Shown here in pieces: positions 55,696 through 64,000 of a stretch of DNA of 64,000 bases. The position numbers and the translations under genes are program-made. Numbering within the stretch: the first letter of the stretch is position 1; each line of letters starts with the position of its first letter. The DNA comes from Candidatus Woesebacteria bacterium (GTDB lineage: Bacteria > Patescibacteriota > Microgenomatia > Woykebacterales > 2-01-FULL-43-14): positions 6,186-70,185 of the forward strand of contig JAGVAV010000002.1 in NCBI GenBank assembly GCA_020060105.1, written 5' to 3'. The notes beneath the pieces are model-generated. The model was not told where the DNA came from. It worked only from the letters and a program-made list of their open reading frames with translations, and did no database searches.

Positions 55696-58113
55696 TTAAG
55701 ACACTATTAATTTATTGTGCTTAACTAAAACCCTTACTTTAGACCCGTTAGTTAGTTTCCCTTTAATTATCATCTCGGATAAAGGGTCTTCAATCAGCTC
55801 CTGAACCAATCTTCTCATTGGTCGAGCGCCATACTCTTCATTAAAACCATTATCTTCCAGAAACTTCCAAGCCTCGGGAGAAACTTTAAGGAAAATATCT
55901 CTTTTTTTAAGTCTCCCTTGAAGCTCGCCAACAACTAACTTCGCCACCTTCTGAACTTCTTCTTTCTCTAACATTTTAAATACAACTACATTATCAATTC
56001 TATTTAAAAACTCCGGGCGAAAACTTTTTCTAAGTTGTTCTAACAACCTCTCCTTCACCACTTGTTGCCGATCGTTCGCTTTTGTTCCAAAACCCAAGTT
56101 GTAACCTTTTTTAATCAAATCCACCCCAACGTTAGAAGTCATCACAATAATCGTATTTTTAAAATTAATTTCGCGCCCCTTCCCGTCTACTAGACGGCCT
56201 TCCTCAAGAACCTGAAGAAGAGTATTAAATACTTCTGGGTGAGCCTTCTCAATCTCATCTAGCAAAACCACTGAGTAAGGTTGATAGCGAAGCTTCTCAG
56301 CTAGTTCACTCCCCTCCTCATAACCAACGTAACCTGGAGGGGCCCCTAGTAATCGAGAAACTGTATGCCTTTCAGAAAATTCGCCCATATCTAGACGAAT
56401 CAAAGAACTAGCGTTCCCAAAAACTGTTTCGGCTAAAATCTTAGCCAGCAAAGTTTTGCCTACCCCGGTAGGACCAAGAAAAATGAAAGACCCTATTGGC
56501 CGGTTAGGATCAGCAATTCCGGCACGAGAACGACGGACCGTCTTTGCCACCGTTTCGATCGCCTCTTCCTGACCAATCACCTTTTTTTTCATTTCCTTTT
56601 CCAAGTTAAGCAACTTAATGGCTTCTGCTTGACTTACTTCCTCCAGAGGCGCCTTGATTATATCTGAGACCAACTCGGCAATATCCTTCCCAGTTACCAA
56701 GAGAGGTTTTTTACCCAGCTTCTCTTTTGACATTAACCTGTTTATCCTAGCCTGTAATTGACTTTCTTGTTTTCTTAACTTAACCGCCTCCTCATAAAAT
56801 TCTTTTCTAACCATTTCCTCTTTTTGCAGTTGAACCTTCTCCAAAGCCACTTGTAACTCAACTAACTTTGGGGGGAGAGTTGCGGCTGAAATCGCTTTTT
56901 TTGACGAGGCTTCATCAAGTAAATCGATTGCACTATCTGGCAAGCGTCGTTCCACAAAATATTTCTTTGCTAAATTAACCGCCATTCTCAAAGCCTCTTT
57001 CTCAATTCTAAGGCTGTGGTGAGATTCATAACGCGCTTTCAACCCCTCTAATATTCTCATCGTAGTTTCCTCAGTTGGTTCTTCGACAACAACTGGCTGA
57101 AACCTTCTTTCTAAAGCGCTATCTTCTTCAATAAAATGGGTATACTCCTCCGTAGTTGTGGCGCCTATACAACGGATTTCCCCCCTAGCAAGAGCCGGTT
57201 TTAGAACATTAGCCGCATCCATTGCCCCACCAGCACTTCCCGCCCCAACAAGATTGTGTAATTCGTCTATGAATAAAACAATGTTTTTTGCCGCACGAAT
57301 CTCTTCCAAAACCCCAACGAGCCTTTCTTCAAAATCGCCTCTAAACCTGGTCCCAGCTACCAAAGCATTCAAATCTAAACTTACCAGTCTTACTTGGTGA
57401 AATTTTTGGGGTACTTCTTTTGACGCAATCCTTTGAGCCAATCCTTCCACTATCGCCGTTTTTCCTACCCCCGCCTCACCTAATAAAACTGGATTGTTTT
57501 TTGTTCGTCTGGCTAAAATTTGTAAGCAACGGTTAATTTCTAAATCACGGCTAATTACTGGATCCAGGTTTCCTTCGCGCGCTAAAACAGTTAAATCTCG
57601 ACTATATTTGTTTAGAAGAGGGGTTTCTGGTTCAACACTTTTGCGTCCTTTAACAAGTGACTCTGGATAGCTTGCCATTGAGGAGACTTTTTCTAGAATA
57701 GATTTGTAATCTAAGCCGTAAGAACGTAAAATATGGCAAGCTAGTCCTGAAGAGGTCTTCGCTAAACCGCAGAGAATATGTTCAGTTCCCACGTAGGGAT
57801 GCTTCCACAGATAGGCCTGTAAGGTCGCGTTGGCTAAAGCCTCTTGAGCTGAATCAGAGAAACCTCGTTGTTCAAAGCTAAAACCCACAAAATCATCCGT
57901 CGAAGAAAGAATCATCTCCTTAACCTTTACGGGGTCAACCTTAAAACTACTCAGGATTTTATAGGCTATTCCGCCATCATCATTCAGAATTCCGATTAGC
58001 AAATGTTCGGTGTCTACATAAGCGGAACCCATGGCCTTAGCTTCTTCCGCAGCAATACCGATCGTCTTTTTCGCCCGTTCAGTAAACTTTTCGATTAGCT
58101 TACTTCCAGACAT
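55696..58113 (-). CDS. clpC: ClpC-type AAA+ chaperone (Clp_N repeats plus two AAA modules)
   Basis: Two Clp_N repeats and two Walker A sites (GEAGVGKT, GPTGVGKT). Position upstream of radA. Confidence 0.93.
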   Translation of the reverse strand: MSGSKLIEKFTERAKKTIGIAAEEAKAMGSAYVDTEHLLIGILNDDGGIAYKILSSFKVDPVKVKEMILSSTDDFVGFSFEQRGFSDSAQEALANATLQAYLWKHPYVGTEHILCGLAKTSSGLACHILRSYGLDYKSILEKVSSMASYPESLVKGRKSVEPETPLLNKYSRDLTVLAREGNLDPVISRDLEINRCLQILARRTKNNPVLLGEAGVGKTAIVEGLAQRIASKEVPQKFHQVRLVSLDLNALVAGTRFRGDFEERLVGVLEEIRAAKNIVLFIDELHNLVGAGSAGGAMDAANVLKPALARGEIRCIGATTTEEYTHFIEEDSALERRFQPVVVEEPTEETTMRILEGLKARYESHHSLRIEKEALRMAVNLAKKYFVERRLPDSAIDLLDEASSKKAISAATLPPKLVELQVALEKVQLQKEEMVRKEFYEEAVKLRKQESQLQARINRLMSKEKLGKKPLLVTGKDIAELVSDIIKAPLEEVSQAEAIKLLNLEKEMKKKVIGQEEAIETVAKTVRRSRAGIADPNRPIGSFIFLGPTGVGKTLLAKILAETVFGNASSLIRLDMGEFSERHTVSRLLGAPPGYVGYEEGSELAEKLRYQPYSVVLLDEIEKAHPEVFNTLLQVLEEGRLVDGKGREINFKNTIIVMTSNVGVDLIKKGYNLGFGTKANDRQQVVKERLLEQLRKSFRPEFLNRIDNVVVFKMLEKEEVQKVAKLVVGELQGRLKKRDIFLKVSPEAWKFLEDNGFNEEYGARPMRRLVQELIEDPLSEMIIKGKLTNGSKVRVLVKHNKLIVS

Positions 58114-58145
58114 AAATCCTCCGGGAAATTTGAGTAATGGCCTAA

Positions 58146-59201
58146 CTATTCATCCGACAATTTTAGACCCAGTCTCCTCGCTTCAGCAGAAATCGACTCA
58201 ACAATGCAGTTAACCTCTTGGCCAACTTCAAGAGTCGTGTTATGAGGAATTTTAGAGGCGTGAACTAACCCGTCAATACCTTGCTCTAGTCTGACAAAAA
58301 CGCCGTAAGGTGTCGCTTTAGCTATCTTACCCTTAACTTCCTTTCCAGGAAGATATTTCTCGCCGGCTTTTTGCCAGGGATCCTGTGTCAGTTGTTTAAT
58401 TGAAAGATTAATTTTCTTCTCTTCTGGATCTACATCTAAAACTAAAACGTTTACCTGATCGCCAACTTTATAAAGATCAGATGGCGCATAAACCCTTTCC
58501 CAAGCCAACTCGGATATGTGAACTAACCCTTCTACACCACCTGGTAATTCAACAAACACTCCAAAAGGCATTGCTCCTGTCACCTTCCCAGGTAAAACCT
58601 GCCCCTCTTTTAGAGTCGAAATCATTTGTTCTTTCTTCCTCTTCATTTCCGCATTAGTCACTTCCTTCTCAGAAAGAACAAAACGGTTAGCCTTCTGGTC
58701 TAACTCAATAATTTTAGTTTTTATTTTTTTACCAAAAGCGCAGCTGGGTGAAAAACTAAGGTGAGAGGAAGGAACAAATCCCCGTATGCCGAGATAATCA
58801 ACGATCAAACCCCCTCGATTTTGCTCAATTGGCTGAACTTCGATAATTGTTCCTTTTTCAAACTTTTCTTGTAGTTCCCGCCAACGCCGTTCCCCGGAAG
58901 CTCTTTTTAGCGAAAGGCTTGCCTGGCCATTCTCATTCTCTGGTTGAATTATGTAAACTAAAACTGTATCACCTGCTTGAAGATTGTCTGCCAAACCTTC
59001 TTCTGTTTCCATCTCCTTACCCGCAATGACTCCTTCCGCTTTCGAGCCAATATCAACTAAGATCTCACTACGGGAAACGGAAATAACCCTTCCTTCCACC
59101 ACTTGACCCCGAACCAAGGGTTTTGGGCTGTAGGTCTCTTGTTCTAATAATTCCGCCATTGTTACTTGCTCTTTAGACTCTTCCACCTTCAATTTCGCCA
59201 T
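58146..59201 (-). CDS. rpsA: 30S ribosomal protein S1 (short form with four S1 domains)
   Basis: Four repeated S1 OB-fold motifs (GxV.G.V..i...G.FV). Confidence 0.88.
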   Translation of the reverse strand: MAKLKVEESKEQVTMAELLEQETYSPKPLVRGQVVEGRVISVSRSEILVDIGSKAEGVIAGKEMETEEGLADNLQAGDTVLVYIIQPENENGQASLSLKRASGERRWRELQEKFEKGTIIEVQPIEQNRGGLIVDYLGIRGFVPSSHLSFSPSCAFGKKIKTKIIELDQKANRFVLSEKEVTNAEMKRKKEQMISTLKEGQVLPGKVTGAMPFGVFVELPGGVEGLVHISELAWERVYAPSDLYKVGDQVNVLVLDVDPEEKKINLSIKQLTQDPWQKAGEKYLPGKEVKGKIAKATPYGVFVRLEQGIDGLVHASKIPHNTTLEVGQEVNCIVESISAEARRLGLKLSDE

Positions 59202-59279
59202 TTAGATAGTCCACCTTTCTAAAAAAGATTAAACTTTAGTATAGCAACTTTCGAATCTAAAATCAACCCAAAAAAAATT

Positions 59280-59390
59280 CTGGCCGTGAGGTATTTTCCC
59301 AACCCAAAGGTTAGTATCGTCCCCGCTGGAGCGTTTGACTACTCTGTTCGAGATGGGAAGAGGTCGTTCCACTCCGCTCTAACGGCCAGA
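59280..59390 (-). rRNA. rrf: 5S rRNA
   Basis: The minus-strand sequence carries the CCCAUCUCGAACAGAG...GUCAAACGCUCCAGCG 5S core, with helix I UGGCCG/CGGCCA. A T-run follows its 3' end. Confidence 0.85.
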
Positions 59391-59464
59391 AAAGTAATTT
59401 AACACTTAAGAAACTGAACAGAAGGAACAAGGAGGCAAATTATACTAAAAATAGTTAATTTGCC

Positions 59465-63010
<3,546 letters not shown>

Positions 63011-63096
63011 GCTATATTTGGCCTTCACCTTCTATTCAGTTTCTAGAGTGTTAATGAAACTAAATAAGATATTAAATTTTCAAAGAGCGAAAACTT

Positions 63097-63173
63097 TGGT
63101 GGAGCTAGTGGGAATCGAACCCACGATCTCCTCATTGCAAATGAGGTGCGTTAGCCAACTACGCTATAGCCCC
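63097..63173 (-). tRNA. tRNA-Ala (anticodon TGC) in the 16S-23S spacer, CCA encoded
   Basis: G3:U70 in the acceptor stem, anticodon loop TTTGCAA. Confidence 0.85.
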
Positions 63174-63423
63174 TCATTCCAAAAACTAGGCTAACACTTC
63201 GTCAACAAGAAAGTCTCGCCACTAAGGTTATTAACTTATTTTGCAATAAATTTAGAGGAAATCTGATTTGGGTGAGAAAGAATGAGTAAAGTAACTATTT
63301 TGAGTAACAAAGATATATTTAGTTATCGTCTTCCCTCTAAATTGTCTAACTGTTTTTATCACCGTTAAGTTTATACCACGCTAAACGAATCTAGTCAAGT
63401 AGTAATCATAATTACTTAATTTA

Positions 63424-63498
63424 TGGTGGGCGCATTTGGGATCGAACCAAAGGCCTCGTCTTTATCAGAGACGCGCTCTACCACTGAGCTATGCGCCC
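63424..63498 (-). tRNA. tRNA-Ile (anticodon GAT) in the 16S-23S spacer, CCA encoded
   Basis: Acceptor GGGCGCA/TGCGCCC, anticodon loop CTGATAA. Confidence 0.85.
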
Positions 63499-63727
63499 CA
63501 AAACTTTATTCCCCAGCTAACCTTAATTCATTTTAACACACCACAAAAATCCCCACAATTTCTACGATAATAAATTGTGGGGGTTTTAAATTTAACAATC
63601 CAAAAGGCGGTAGAAATCTTAAAGTAAAGAAACTAAGAACGGGAACAACTGCACAAAATATGCAGTGCTGACCTAGAACCACTGTGAGAAGTGGTTCCTC
63701 CTTGTATCAAGTACAAGTAATACTCCT

Positions 63728-64000
63728 TAGAAAGGAGGTGATCCATCCCCAGATTCCCCTAGGGATACCTTGTTACGACTTAGTCCCCATCGCTGAGTTC
63801 ACCTTCTACAGCCGCCCCTCTTGCGAGTTAGCAAACTGTCTTCGGGTGCCCCCAACTTTGTTGGCTTGACGGGCGGTGTGTACAAGACCCGAGAACGTAT
63901 TCACCGCGGCCTGCTGATCCGCGATTACTAGCAAGTCCGACTTCATGTGGGCGAGTTGCAGCCCACAATCTGAACTGAGGATGCTTTTAGGGATTAGCTT
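63728..64000 (-). rRNA. rrs: 16S rRNA, 3' portion only. The gene continues beyond the window end.
   Basis: The minus strand shows ...AAGTCGTAACAAGGTATCCCTAGGGGAATCTGGGGATGGATCACCTCCTTTCT, ending in the anti-Shine-Dalgarno sequence. Confidence 0.9.

Overview
This 64 kb window is low-GC (about 40%) and reads like a reduced, gene-dense bacterial chromosome segment. Its gene content and architecture resemble Candidate Phyla Radiation / Patescibacteria genomes; that assignment is an inference, not a measurement.

Most of the window is housekeeping, and most genes are on the minus strand. In order: pth-mfd, ybeY-rpsU, proS, rseP, an rpsB-tsf-frr operon with no pyrH, tmk, topA, dprA, and the mrdA-mreDCB rod-shape cluster. 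Next come a large O-antigen-ligase/TPR membrane protein, a PriA-like protein that lacks its ATPase motifs, def-fmt, and rpmB. A classic tRNA(Thr-Tyr-Thr)-rpmG-tRNA(Trp)-secE-nusG-rplKAJL block follows, ending at a strong terminator rather than continuing into rpoBC. Downstream of that block is an accessory-looking cell-envelope cluster: an excisionase-type HTH gene, a hypothetical gene plus GT4, a second GT4, a second MreB paralog, a PEGA/beta-propeller membrane protein, and a sortase.

Beyond the envelope cluster the order is ndk, M16 peptidase, argS, a translationally coupled split comEC with comEA, leuS, obg, an M23/LysM peptidase, and rho. Two large secreted proteins follow; one carries a C-terminal sorting signal and the other is strongly GC-shifted and Pro/Thr-rich. 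The window ends with the clpC-radA-PIN/TRAM trio, rpsA, and an rRNA operon on the minus strand. The operon runs 16S (partial), tRNA-Ile, tRNA-Ala, 23S, 5S. Its 23S gene carries an intervening sequence of about 350 nt in helix 69 that has group-I-intron-like P7/P9 motifs.

Small ribosomal genes missing from the ORF track (rpsU, rpmB, rpmG) were found by eye. Eleven tRNAs were identified, all with an encoded CCA. Several strong sigma70-like promoters, intrinsic terminators, the L10 leader, and two candidate small RNAs are annotated. No CRISPR array, integrase or transposase was seen.
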